Origin: Candidatus Aenigmatarchaeota archaeon
GTDB lineage: Archaea; Aenigmatarchaeota; Aenigmatarchaeia; GW2011-AR5
Length of the DNA stretch: 64,000 nt
Direction of reading: 5' to 3'
Assembly: GCA_026397375.1 (NCBI GenBank)
Contig: JAPLUZ010000022.1
Location: 24,234-88,233, forward strand
The translations under genes and the position numbers were made by a program. Shown here piece by piece: positions 29,838-39,875 of the stretch; position 1 is the first letter of the stretch, and every line of letters starts with the position of its first letter. The notes beneath the pieces were generated by a model. The model saw nothing but the letters and a program-made list of their open reading frames with translations, was not told the origin of the DNA and searched no databases.

Positions 29838-31031
29838 ATGACTACTAAGGTTATGAAAATACTTCTGACTACTGCCGGCGGTGTTGTAAGAGGGATTGAG
29901 AGCTGGCCCGAGTATGGCATAGCGAGGGAGCTAGTAAAAAAAGGGCATGAAGTCACTGTTTACTCCTCGATATCTGTGAAAAAAGTCTTCAAGAACGCAA
30001 AGAAAAAAGAAAATATAGACGGCATAGACGTGGAGCGATTCAATCCAGTATCACCGGCATCATTTTTCAAAACAGTAAGAAACGACTTTGACGTCATACA
30101 CATGCACCATTTGGGCTACTTGTCTCCAATATCAAGCTATGCGTGTCTTGCAAGCAAAATAAAAAAGACGCCGACTGTTTTTACGGTCCACGGAATATAT
30201 CACGATCCTTTTGTTGTGAAAGATACGCAGGACCCATTTTCGCAAAAAATAAACTATAATGTAACAAAAAGTTTACGGTCACGCCCGTGGAGATTTCCTA
30301 ACTGGTTCGTTCATTTGCCTCTTTTCTCATCAAACAGGATAACGGCACTTACAGAATGGGAGAAAAAAGAACTGTCAAAATTTGATGTTGATGGTAGAAA
30401 GATAGATGTAGTGCCAAACGGTATCTACACAAAAAAAATTCAAAAAGTAAGAAATGGAAAGGCCTTCAGGGAAAAGCATAACCTGGACGGTCCTTTTGTT
30501 CTTTTTCTTGGACAGCCGATAAGAAGAAAAGGCCCTGAGTATCTGATTAAGGCACTCCCAAGCATTTTAAAGAAGATACCAGATCTGACCTGCGTTTTTG
30601 CAGGCTACAAATCGGACAAACACCTTGAAGACTTGTGCAAACGGCTAGGGCTTGAAAATAACATAAAATTCTTGGGATTTCTAGAAGAGGAGGAAAAAAT
30701 ACAGGCTATGAAGGCTGCAGAAACGTTCGTTTTTCCCACTCTTTACGAAGGATTTGGCATACCTTTGATAGAAGCCATGGCTGCCGGCTGCCCTATCGTC
30801 ACAACAAATGTTGCAGGCGTGCCAGAGATAGTTGAAAACAACAAGAATGGCCTGCTTACGAGGCCTAAGGACGAAAAAGACCTGGCAAGAAACATAATAA
30901 AGATGTTGTCCAGCAGTAAAATGAGGAAAAAAATGTCGGCAAATAATGTAAAAAAATCCAAGAAGTATGACTGGAAAAATGTCATAAGCCTTTACGAAAA
31001 ATGCTTCGAAAGAGCTATTTCTCAGCCATGA
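29838..31031 (+). CDS. Glycosyltransferase family 4
   Basis: VVPNG, RKG and YEGFGIPLIEAMAAG motifs. Confidence 0.92.
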   Translation: MTTKVMKILLTTAGGVVRGIESWPEYGIARELVKKGHEVTVYSSISVKKVFKNAKKKENIDGIDVERFNPVSPASFFKTVRNDFDVIHMHHLGYLSPISSYACLASKIKKTPTVFTVHGIYHDPFVVKDTQDPFSQKINYNVTKSLRSRPWRFPNWFVHLPLFSSNRITALTEWEKKELSKFDVDGRKIDVVPNGIYTKKIQKVRNGKAFREKHNLDGPFVLFLGQPIRRKGPEYLIKALPSILKKIPDLTCVFAGYKSDKHLEDLCKRLGLENNIKFLGFLEEEEKIQAMKAAETFVFPTLYEGFGIPLIEAMAAGCPIVTTNVAGVPEIVENNKNGLLTRPKDEKDLARNIIKMLSSSKMRKKMSANNVKKSKKYDWKNVISLYEKCFERAISQP

Positions 31032-31863
31032 TATTGTATATATCGTCCTGAAGAGATACTATGTTTTTTGCCGAAGTTTCTGTAACGCTTTTCTCAGTTA
31101 TAAGATAAAAATTTTTTGAAGCCCATGGACTTTATCATTTCAATAAATTCTTTTGGCGTGGTTCCAGCCTTCCTAACATAACTAGGCACGAACTCCGCTA
31201 TGAGGCGTATGTTTTTGTTGCGACGGATGATATTTTTCATGCCTCTGAAAGCTTCGTATTCTCCGCCTTTCACGTCTATTTTTATTAGGTCTATTTTTTT
31301 CACACGATTTTTATTGCAGAAATCGTCCAGTCTAAAGCATTTTACACGCATCTTTTTGCTGGATTTGAATTTTGTGCTGTGTGTGCCGCTATCGCCTGAC
31401 AGGAAAAAATCTGTGCTTCCTGTTTTGCTGGTTATGCAAGCCTTCTCAATCATGACGTTTTTGTAGTTGTTTATCTTGACATTCTTTTGCAGCAATTCGT
31501 GATTTTGAGGAGCAGGCTCAAATGCGTACACACGCCCGCTTGGGCCGACAAGTTTGGCAGCCCGCAAGGTAAAGTAGCCTACGTGTGCGCCTATGTCCAC
31601 AAAAACCGACCCGAGTTTCAAGTATTTTTCTAGTAGCGTGATTATAGGCTTGTCAGCCTGAACATGTACATGCGCATAGATGACGTGTCCCCAAGGTCTA
31701 GAAACATCTTGTGTTCACCGACAGCTTCCAAGCTAACAGCTTTCGGCTTCAGAGAATAAAATATTTTCGTATAAATGTGCCCTATGGGCTTGAATCGTGT
31801 CAGATAGGTTCCTTCCAGTTTTCTGCACACGGCCATGAATAGAGTTATTAGAATTTTTTTCAT
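31015..31863 (-). pseudogene. FkbM-family methyltransferase pseudogene (two frameshifts)
   Basis: N-terminal part (31863-31642), core VDIGAHVG/AFEP/KIDVKG (31621-31094) and tail FYLITEK...YNIMAEK* join only through frameshifts near 31655 and 31105. Confidence 0.8.
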
Positions 31864-31910
31864 TAGTATTTTAATATGACTGGTGTTTAAGACTTTACTT
31901 GATCCCAATT

Positions 31911-33068
31911 ATGAGTATGAAAATAATGCTTTTAGCATCAAGCCAGGTATCTATACCGCCGGATAAGGGCGGAGCAATAGAAGCAATAGTATACGAGCTT
32001 GCGAATTTTCTTAGTTCTGAGAATGAAGTATACGTAATTTCCAGAAGGTCCTTTACGGGCAGCAAGGCCAGCTACATTGTAGTTAACTCTGAAATCAGAA
32101 AAAACAAACTGGCGGCCATTGTAGAGGATTTTCTTTACGGAATAAAGTGCATAAAAGAAGTCAGAAAAATAAAGCCTGACATACTACACATGCACACAAC
32201 CTTCACGTCATTTCCAATAGCGCTTTTCAAGAAATTTCTCCCTGCAGGAACAAGGATTGTCTACACTTCCCACAGTCCTGCCTGGACAGTGCCGGACAAT
32301 GAAATAGGAATAATAAATAAGATTTTCAACTGTCTGGAGGCGTTTATTGTCAGAAGGTCGGATATGGCTACGGCAGTTTCAGAGTCTTTGCGAGACGGCA
32401 TGATAAAAAGAAACGTCTCCGATAAAAGCAAAATAGTTACAATAGAGAATTTTACAAGGCCAGACGTTTTTTCTAATAAATATGGGAAAAAATGGAAAGA
32501 CGAGAGAAAAATAAAAGGGCCTGTTGTACTTTTTGTCGGCAAACTGACAAAAACAAAGGGAATTCCTTATTTGCTCAGGTCTGTCAAAGAAGTAAAGGAA
32601 AAAATACCTGATGTGATGTATGTGTTGGTTGGATCATTAGAACATGAGCAAAAACTTGGTTATAACCCATGGATGAAAATAGTAGAAGAGGACAAAATCA
32701 AAAATAACGTATATTTTGCCGGAAGCGTGCCTGTGGCAGAGATCCCTAGAATCTATTCATCTGCCGACCTGTTTGTTCTGCCTTCTCTCAGGGAAGGGAT
32801 GCCACTGGTCGTAATGGAAGCGCTATCTACGGAACTGCCAATAGTAACAACGAAAGTGTCCGGCACAAAGGAAGTTGTAAACAGCAGATGCGCCATATTT
32901 GTCAGAAGAAAAGATAGCAAAGATATTGCAAAGGCTGTTATTAGAATACTTTCAGACAAGAAGCTTGCAAAAAGAATGTCTCTGGAATCAAAAAAAATAT
33001 CTAAAAAATTTGAGAAGAACAATGTGCTTAAAAAATATCTTGACCTTTATTATGCAATCAAGAAGTGA
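31911..33068 (+). CDS. Glycosyltransferase family 4
   Basis: PPDKGGAIE, FVGKL..TKG and EGMPLVVMEA motifs. Confidence 0.92.
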   Translation: MSMKIMLLASSQVSIPPDKGGAIEAIVYELANFLSSENEVYVISRRSFTGSKASYIVVNSEIRKNKLAAIVEDFLYGIKCIKEVRKIKPDILHMHTTFTSFPIALFKKFLPAGTRIVYTSHSPAWTVPDNEIGIINKIFNCLEAFIVRRSDMATAVSESLRDGMIKRNVSDKSKIVTIENFTRPDVFSNKYGKKWKDERKIKGPVVLFVGKLTKTKGIPYLLRSVKEVKEKIPDVMYVLVGSLEHEQKLGYNPWMKIVEEDKIKNNVYFAGSVPVAEIPRIYSSADLFVLPSLREGMPLVVMEALSTELPIVTTKVSGTKEVVNSRCAIFVRRKDSKDIAKAVIRILSDKKLAKRMSLESKKISKKFEKNNVLKKYLDLYYAIKK

Positions 33069-33129
33069 TTCTAAGATTTAAACTAGTTCGAAATAAAGCC
33101 ATTTAATTCTTTCCCATTAACAAATAGCT

Positions 33130-34059
33130 ATGAAAATATCTGTCATAATTCCTACAAAGGACTACGATGAAGGACTTAGGAGATGCCTGACGAGCATTAG
33201 CAAGCAGGACTACAAAAATAAGGAAATTATAGTTGTCGGTACAAAAGAGGAGACAAGTAAAATAGCAAAAGAATTCGGCGCCAAATTTTTCCTTGACAAG
33301 GCAAAAACTATAGGCAATTCTTATTCGGTCGGCGCCAAAAATGCCAAAGGCGGCGTAGTAGCCTTTTTAGACGACGACTGCATTGCGCTAAAAAACTGGC
33401 TGACCAAGATAAACAAGGAATTCGAAAATGACAAGGATTTGATGGCATTTGGCGGGGAAGATATTATAGATGAGAAAAGATCTTCCTATTTTCAGACGGC
33501 CCTATTTCAGCTGGATATTCCAAGAATTTACAAGTCAATAGTTTATGGCAAAAGGGCCCGCGACAAATTACGCGCATGTAACATAGCTTACAGGAGAAGC
33601 GTTTTCAGCAAATTTGATTTTAACAAGGACCTTATAAGTTTACAGGAACCGGAGCTGCACCACCGCCTTTACGAGAGCGGGGCAAAGATGAAATTCGATC
33701 CCAGTATAATTGTATATCACGAAAGGCGAAAAAATATAAAATCCGTCTTCAAACAAATGTATAGAAACGGCAAAGCAAAAATAGCTGTTATAGGAATGCA
33801 CAAGAAAATGATAGCTCCATACGATATTTTGATGTTTCTTTCTATCGTGATAAGCTTGATATCCGTCATTTCACTTACGTTTACTTCAAGAATGTTGACA
33901 TACTGGGTAGCGCTTCTTTTGCTATATTTTATCCTGAAGCCAGTGATAATACTGATGAAGACAAGAAATATGAGGTTTTATTTTACTCTTTTTAAGATAG
34001 TATTTGTAAGAGAATTGGCTTATGCGCTTGGATTAATTTCCGGTATTTTCGGAAAATAG
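33130..34059 (+). CDS. Glycosyltransferase family 2
   Basis: SVIIPT, AFLDDDC and NIAYRR motifs; C-terminal TMs. Confidence 0.88.
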   Translation: MKISVIIPTKDYDEGLRRCLTSISKQDYKNKEIIVVGTKEETSKIAKEFGAKFFLDKAKTIGNSYSVGAKNAKGGVVAFLDDDCIALKNWLTKINKEFENDKDLMAFGGEDIIDEKRSSYFQTALFQLDIPRIYKSIVYGKRARDKLRACNIAYRRSVFSKFDFNKDLISLQEPELHHRLYESGAKMKFDPSIIVYHERRKNIKSVFKQMYRNGKAKIAVIGMHKKMIAPYDILMFLSIVISLISVISLTFTSRMLTYWVALLLLYFILKPVIILMKTRNMRFYFTLFKIVFVRELAYALGLISGIFGK

Positions 34060-34081
34060 ATATTTTGGAAGGGGCTGTAAA

Positions 34082-35179
34082 ATGAAAATAGCTTTTGTAA
34101 TACCTGCTTACTATCCCGCTGTGATAGGCGAGTCTCTATACGCGCAGGAGCTGGCAAAATACTTGATTAAGAAAGGACATGAAGTGAATGTATATACACA
34201 TATTAGCGGCAACCTAAAAGAAAGCGAAATAGCAGACAATGTTAAAATAACTAGAGTTAAAATAAAGGAAATTTTTGATGGCAGCTTTTATTTTTCATCG
34301 GACTACATCAAATCCATACTTAAAGAAAAATTTGATATAATCCACTCGCATCACTATGGATATTTTCCAGCAACAGCCGGATTTATTGCGGCTAAATTAA
34401 CAAAAACCCCACATGTTTTTGGGACCTACTATCATCCCCCGGTTTATGGAAGACTGAGATGGCTACAATTCATGGCGTATCATTTTACCCAGGGGCTTCC
34501 CATACTTAGATTTTCTGACAGTGTATTGCCGCATACGCTGTATGAAAAGAAAATGCTTCTCAAAATAGGCGGCAAAGAGGATAATATGAAAATCCTGCCA
34601 AACATTGTAGATACGAATACATTTATGCCTGGCCATGATAAAACCAAAACAATCCTTTTTGTCGGCAACTTCATTTATGAAAAAGGCGCACATATAGCAT
34701 TTGATATAGCAAGCCAACTGCTGGAACAGAGAAAAGATATTAGATTTGTTTTTATTGGTAACGCCTACGAGCCAAAACTAATGCCTAAGATAAATCAATT
34801 GAGCAAAAGCAAGAATGTTTTGTTTCTGAAAAATCTCAGGAAGTCGGAGTTGGTAAGGTGGTACCAGAAAGCTTCCGTATTTCTTTTGCCATCTAAATAT
34901 GAAGCATTTTCAAGGGGCATTGCCGAGGCAGAATCTTGTAGTATTCCTGTTGTCTCAACCAGAGTCGGCGCCATACCGGAAGTTGTTAAGGACGGGAAAA
35001 GCGGCTTTCTTGTTGACTATGGCGAGTGGGATGAAATGAGGCAACACATAGAGTACCTGCTTGATAACCTATCTGAGGCGAAGAAAATGGGAAAGAGAGG
35101 AAGAGAACACATAGTGAAAAATTTTGACACAGAAATAGTTGCAGAAAAACTCGAAAAAATATACAAGGATTTGGTGTGA
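34082..35179 (+). CDS. Glycosyltransferase family 4
   Basis: FVGN...EKG, PSKYEAF...AEA and VGAIPEVV motifs. Confidence 0.9.
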   Translation: MKIAFVIPAYYPAVIGESLYAQELAKYLIKKGHEVNVYTHISGNLKESEIADNVKITRVKIKEIFDGSFYFSSDYIKSILKEKFDIIHSHHYGYFPATAGFIAAKLTKTPHVFGTYYHPPVYGRLRWLQFMAYHFTQGLPILRFSDSVLPHTLYEKKMLLKIGGKEDNMKILPNIVDTNTFMPGHDKTKTILFVGNFIYEKGAHIAFDIASQLLEQRKDIRFVFIGNAYEPKLMPKINQLSKSKNVLFLKNLRKSELVRWYQKASVFLLPSKYEAFSRGIAEAESCSIPVVSTRVGAIPEVVKDGKSGFLVDYGEWDEMRQHIEYLLDNLSEAKKMGKRGREHIVKNFDTEIVAEKLEKIYKDLV

Positions 35180-35247
35180 GTTTTACTTAACGCATTTTAT
35201 CATTTTATAATAGGTTTGAAATCCAACGGGCATTTCAGCAATTATGG

Positions 35248-37011
35248 CTATTTTTTCCAATTATCCTGCGGCACGTATTTTAGCGCCTCTTTTAGTTCTT
35301 GCTCTGAAAGGAACGGCTTCATATCGTACACAGGTCGTGCATAGCTTGCCTTTGGAAGCGTCCAATATGTGACAGGGACCTTGATATCAAGGAGTGCCGG
35401 GCCGTTGTTTCCCGAAAGCCATTTGATTGCCTCCTCAAGCTCGCTTGATTTTTCAACCATCCTTGCCGGAATGCCATAGGCATTTGCAACTTTCACAAAG
35501 TCAGGGGCGTCATAGCCGTCCACGCTGCCGATGAGTCTACCCTCAAAATTCTCTGTCTGGAACTGCGTGAGCATGCCAAGCGAATTGTTGTTGATGATGA
35601 TTATCTTCATCGGGATTTTATTCCGCACAATTGTTTGCAATTCCTGGATGTTGATCTGAAAACCACCATCGCCGCAAACCGCCCACACACGTCGCGAAGT
35701 GTCTGAAAGCCATGCCCCGATTGCGGTTGGAACTGCGCATCCCATCGGGCCCATACCTCCGTTTGTGAGCACAATCTGGCCTTTTTTCACCTTCCAGGAT
35801 TGGGCAAACCACATCTGGTGCGAACCCACATCCACACTGACTATGTCGCGCTCGCCCGCCACGGCGGAAACAACTTCTATCGCCTTGTTAGGGCTTATTT
35901 TCAAATGCCCGATTTTTTGCTCGTGGTGCTCGTATTTTTCCTTAAGCACGTTCAAGTGGCTTATCCATTCAGTTTTTACTTCCATCTTTGGCAGCGCATC
36001 CATCGTCTGTTTGAGGAAATTTTTGATGTCGACATTTATGGAAAGTTCTTCGCGCACCGAAGCCCCAAGCTCGTACTCGTCTATGTCCACATGCACGATT
36101 TTTGCGGCAGGGGCGAATTTTGCTGCTTGTACTCCCACTTGCCGGGAATCCAGCCTTGCTCCCAGGACGATTATCAGGTCAGCATTCGCAAGCGCAAGAT
36201 TGGAATACCGCTGCCCATATGTGCCGATAAACCCGTAATATAAAGGATTGTAATTCTCAACCGCATCCGTTCCCATGAGGCTTGCTACAAACGGGATTTT
36301 GGTTTTTGTGATAAATAATTCTACCTCATAAGTTGCCCCGGATAGCCTTACCCCATGCCCTAAAAGTAGCATCGGTCTTTTTGCCTCTGCCAGAAGGGAG
36401 GTGAACTTGGAAATCTGACTTGTGGTCGCATTCCTAGGCTTATTCATAGCGGCATGCTCTGCAGAGCCAAGAAATCCTGCCTGCGCATCAGGGGTTATTT
36501 CGGCCTTTTGCACGTCAAATGGAAAATCTAGCAGTACTGGGCCGTTCCGCCCGTGGGTTGCGATAAAAAAGGCTTTCTCAATCTCGTAGCGTGTTTTGGC
36601 AGGGTCAGATATCCGCACCGCGTACTTGGTTATCGGCCTTACTATGGACACTATGTCGGTCTCCTGAAAGCCAACCTGCCTGCGTTTGCCAGTTACATTG
36701 GACTCAAACGTGTTCACCTGTCCAGTTATGAAGATTACCGGCAATGACGCATAAAAGGCGCTCCCGATTCCAGTTATCAGGTTGGTCGCCCCGGGTCCGC
36801 TGGTTGCCATGGCAAGACCAGGCTTTTTGCTCACCACTGCCTGCCCTTCGGCTGCAAATGAGGTAGACTGCTCATGGTGCATGGTGTATAGCTTGAAATT
36901 CTTGCACGCACAGGAATCCGCCAAATAGCCAAGGGCGCCGCCGATTATGAAAAACCCATGGCTTATGCCGTTTGCTGTCAGGCACTCTACAACATAGTCT
37001 GAAACCTTCAT
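35248..37011 (-). CDS. ThDP-dependent acetolactate synthase-like enzyme, probably a YerE-like sugar C-branching enzyme
   Basis: HHEQ, TSGPGATN, FQETD and GDGGFQINIQEL...NN motifs; embedded next to CDP-dideoxyhexose genes. Confidence 0.85.
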   Translation of the reverse strand: MKVSDYVVECLTANGISHGFFIIGGALGYLADSCACKNFKLYTMHHEQSTSFAAEGQAVVSKKPGLAMATSGPGATNLITGIGSAFYASLPVIFITGQVNTFESNVTGKRRQVGFQETDIVSIVRPITKYAVRISDPAKTRYEIEKAFFIATHGRNGPVLLDFPFDVQKAEITPDAQAGFLGSAEHAAMNKPRNATTSQISKFTSLLAEAKRPMLLLGHGVRLSGATYEVELFITKTKIPFVASLMGTDAVENYNPLYYGFIGTYGQRYSNLALANADLIIVLGARLDSRQVGVQAAKFAPAAKIVHVDIDEYELGASVREELSINVDIKNFLKQTMDALPKMEVKTEWISHLNVLKEKYEHHEQKIGHLKISPNKAIEVVSAVAGERDIVSVDVGSHQMWFAQSWKVKKGQIVLTNGGMGPMGCAVPTAIGAWLSDTSRRVWAVCGDGGFQINIQELQTIVRNKIPMKIIIINNNSLGMLTQFQTENFEGRLIGSVDGYDAPDFVKVANAYGIPARMVEKSSELEEAIKWLSGNNGPALLDIKVPVTYWTLPKASYARPVYDMKPFLSEQELKEALKYVPQDNWKK

Positions 37012-37063
37012 TAAAAACACCGCTCATCTTATTTTTAAGGCTTTGCTTTCCAGTTCTTCATAA

Positions 37064-38005
37064 TCATTCCTTATAGAAATCCATATTCTTTTTAAACCAC
37101 TTAACAGTCTTCTTTAATCCCTCTTCTATCGTGTTCTCCGTCCTCCAGCCAAGCATTTTTTTCGCTTTTGAAGTGTCAGCTACCCAACACGAAGGCTCGT
37201 GGTCCCATCTTTTCTCCTTTTTTATCAACGGTTTCAACGCAGAGCCGGAAATTCTTATTATTTTGTTTGTCACGTCAAGGACGTTGTGCTGCCTGCCGGA
37301 GCCAAGATTTATGATTTCACCCCTTGATTTTCCAAGCTTTTTGGCAGCAGTTCTGTAGGCCCTGGTTACGTCCTCCACAAAAATAAAGTCCCTTACAGCC
37401 TTGGGAGTGTTCACAACAGGCCTTTTTTTGGCCATGCAGGAAAATATCGTCTGCGGTATCAGCCTTGTCGAACCTTCAAAATATCCGTAAATAGAGAAGG
37501 GTCTGAATGTGACAAGAGGTACATCCTCTTCTTTGGACCATGTCTGGCAAAGGAGCGTTGCAGCAGCCTTAGAGGACGCGTAAAAGCTCACTGGTTCCAG
37601 AGAATCTGTCTCCTTGATGGGATGGTTTTTTATTCCGTATTCCGACGAGCTGCCTGTATTGACAAACATATCCAAGGATTTTGGACACACTTTTAGAAGA
37701 TTAAGGATTCCCGTCAGGTTGGTCTTTATTATGTTTTCCCTGTCTTTCTGAAAATGATAACCGCCGTAGGTGGCCATGTGATATATAACGTCAGGTTTGT
37801 CGCTCTTTACTGCAGATTCCAGTGATGTTATGTCTAAGATATCGCCGGTGTGAACGTTCAAATCAGGAAAAATGTCCTTTATTCGCCACAAGTTAGAGGT
37901 TTTTCTCGTCATAACATGAACTTCATCACCATGACTGATAAGTTCCCTGGAAAGGCAGGCGCCCACAAAGCCCGTTGCGCCCGTTATCAAAACCCTGTCT
38001 GACAT
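37064..38005 (-). CDS. NAD-dependent epimerase/reductase (CDP-sugar reductase-like)
   Basis: GATGFVG, GSSSEYG, YASSK and RDFIFVED motifs. Confidence 0.85.
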   Translation of the reverse strand: MSDRVLITGATGFVGACLSRELISHGDEVHVMTRKTSNLWRIKDIFPDLNVHTGDILDITSLESAVKSDKPDVIYHMATYGGYHFQKDRENIIKTNLTGILNLLKVCPKSLDMFVNTGSSSEYGIKNHPIKETDSLEPVSFYASSKAAATLLCQTWSKEEDVPLVTFRPFSIYGYFEGSTRLIPQTIFSCMAKKRPVVNTPKAVRDFIFVEDVTRAYRTAAKKLGKSRGEIINLGSGRQHNVLDVTNKIIRISGSALKPLIKKEKRWDHEPSCWVADTSKAKKMLGWRTENTIEEGLKKTVKWFKKNMDFYKE

Positions 38006-38118
38006 AAGTAGGTTGACTTATCATTAAATTATTTAAAACGACCAAGGACGCGGGTTCTAAAGTGAGATTATAGGCTGTATAATAAGGGTATAAAAACTTT
38101 TCTCTGTTTAACTTTCAT

Positions 38119-38895
38119 ATGAAAGTTGCAATACTGTGTGGAGGCCTTGGTACAAGACTTAAGGAAGAGACAGAATTCCGGCCAAAACCCCTAGTGGAAA
38201 TAGGTGGTAAGCCTATATTGTGGCATATCATGAAAATTTACTCGTATGCAGGATTCAAAGATTTCGTTTTATGCCTGGGCTATAAGGGCGATATGATAAA
38301 GAATTATTTCTTGAATTATGAAACTACAGAAAATGACTTTACAATAGACTTTTCTAATAAAAAATCAATAACACTGCATAATAATTCAAATAAAACCGAA
38401 GATTGGAGAATAACATTTGCCGATACGGGATTAAATTCCATGACAGGCGCCAGGGTTAAAAGAATTGAAAAATTTATAGATGGAAATGAGTTCATGTTAA
38501 CCTATGGAGACGGTGTTGCCAATGTGAATGTTAATGATATTATTAAATTTCACAGAAACCACGATAAAATAGGAACTGTTCTCGGCGTGAGGCCACCGTC
38601 AAAATTTGGCGAGATGGCTTTGGATACCAACAGAGTTATATCTTTTGTAGAAAAACCAAATTCGACCCAGGGCTTTGTAAATGGCGGGTTTTTTGTATTC
38701 AAAAATGGGATTTTTGATTACTTGAATGAAAATGAAGACTGTATTTTAGAGAAAGAACCGCTGGAAAATCTTGCCACTAATGGACAACTCATGATGTATC
38801 CTCATGAAGGATTTTGGCAATGTATGGACACTTATAGAGACTTCTTGTATTTGAACCAGCTCTGGCCAAATGCCCCATGGAAACGGTTGCTATGA
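38119..38895 (+). CDS. rfbF: Glucose-1-phosphate cytidylyltransferase
   Basis: LCGGLGTRLKEETEFRPKP, TYGDG and FWQCMDT motifs. Confidence 0.93.
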   Translation: MKVAILCGGLGTRLKEETEFRPKPLVEIGGKPILWHIMKIYSYAGFKDFVLCLGYKGDMIKNYFLNYETTENDFTIDFSNKKSITLHNNSNKTEDWRITFADTGLNSMTGARVKRIEKFIDGNEFMLTYGDGVANVNVNDIIKFHRNHDKIGTVLGVRPPSKFGEMALDTNRVISFVEKPNSTQGFVNGGFFVFKNGIFDYLNENEDCILEKEPLENLATNGQLMMYPHEGFWQCMDTYRDFLYLNQLWPNAPWKRLL

Positions 38896-39869
38896 ATGAA
38901 AACACATGGTCAGGAAAGAATGTTTTTGTAACGGGTAGCAGCGGCTTTCTAGGAGCTTGGGTTACAGAAAAATTGATAGGACAGGGTGCAAATGTTGTCA
39001 CTCTTTTGCGCGACGATGTGGCAAGATCGTACTTCCATTTAGAAGGACTAGACAAAAAAGTTACCACAGTAAGAGGTTCGCTGGAAGATTACTTACTGGT
39101 CGAAAGAATACTAAATGAGTATGAGATTGAGACTTGTTTTCATCTTGCCGCACAGACAATAGTTGGCACTGCTAATAGATCGCCTCTTTCGACATTTGAG
39201 TCAAACATAAGAGGTACTTGGAATGTTCTTGAGGCGGCAAGAAACAGCGAGGTTATGAAGGCAATGGTTGTGGCGTCTACGGATAAGGTTTATGGGGAAT
39301 CGACCAGTCTTCCATACAGGGAGACGGATCGGCTGGGTGCAAAACACCCCTACGACGTTTCTAAAGCGTGTGTGGATATGTTGTGCTCTTCCTATTTTCA
39401 TACCTATGGATTGTCGGTGGCAATAACCAGGTGCGGAAATATATTTGGCGGGGGGGACCTGAATTTTAACAGAATAGTTCCCGGTACAATACGTTCGGCA
39501 TTAATTAAAGAAAGACCCGTCATAAGGAGCGACGGCAAACTAGTTCGTGACTATGTATATGTGGAAGATATTGCCGATGCAAATATCCTTCTAGCTGATA
39601 CACTTCTTAGGGGAAGAGAAAAAGGCGAAGCATTTAATTTTAGTTTGGAACAGCCGCAAAGCGTAATTGAAGTAACCCAGAAGATATTAAGCGCTATGAA
39701 TTCTGATCTACAACCAATAATTTTGAATCAAGATTTGAAAGAAATCAATAAACAATATCTTTCTTCCGAAAAAGCAAGGGCGAGATTAGGCTGGAAACCA
39801 AAGTGGACTTTTGATTCGGGTATAAGAAAAACAATAGATTGGTATAAGAAATTTATCAATTCCTATTAG
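38892..39869 (+). CDS. rfbG: CDP-glucose 4,6-dehydratase
   Basis: W.GKNVFVTG, HLAAQ, STDKVYG, PYDVSK and GNIFGGGD motifs; lies between rfbF and rfbH. Confidence 0.85.
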   Translation: MNENTWSGKNVFVTGSSGFLGAWVTEKLIGQGANVVTLLRDDVARSYFHLEGLDKKVTTVRGSLEDYLLVERILNEYEIETCFHLAAQTIVGTANRSPLSTFESNIRGTWNVLEAARNSEVMKAMVVASTDKVYGESTSLPYRETDRLGAKHPYDVSKACVDMLCSSYFHTYGLSVAITRCGNIFGGGDLNFNRIVPGTIRSALIKERPVIRSDGKLVRDYVYVEDIADANILLADTLLRGREKGEAFNFSLEQPQSVIEVTQKILSAMNSDLQPIILNQDLKEINKQYLSSEKARARLGWKPKWTFDSGIRKTIDWYKKFINSY

Positions 39870-39875
39870 AATAGG

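Noticed and set aside
35248-37011. Branched-chain amino acid biosynthesis ilvB
   Set aside because: No ilvH/C/D nearby and the gene is embedded among CDP-sugar genes, so a glycan role is more likely, though not proven.
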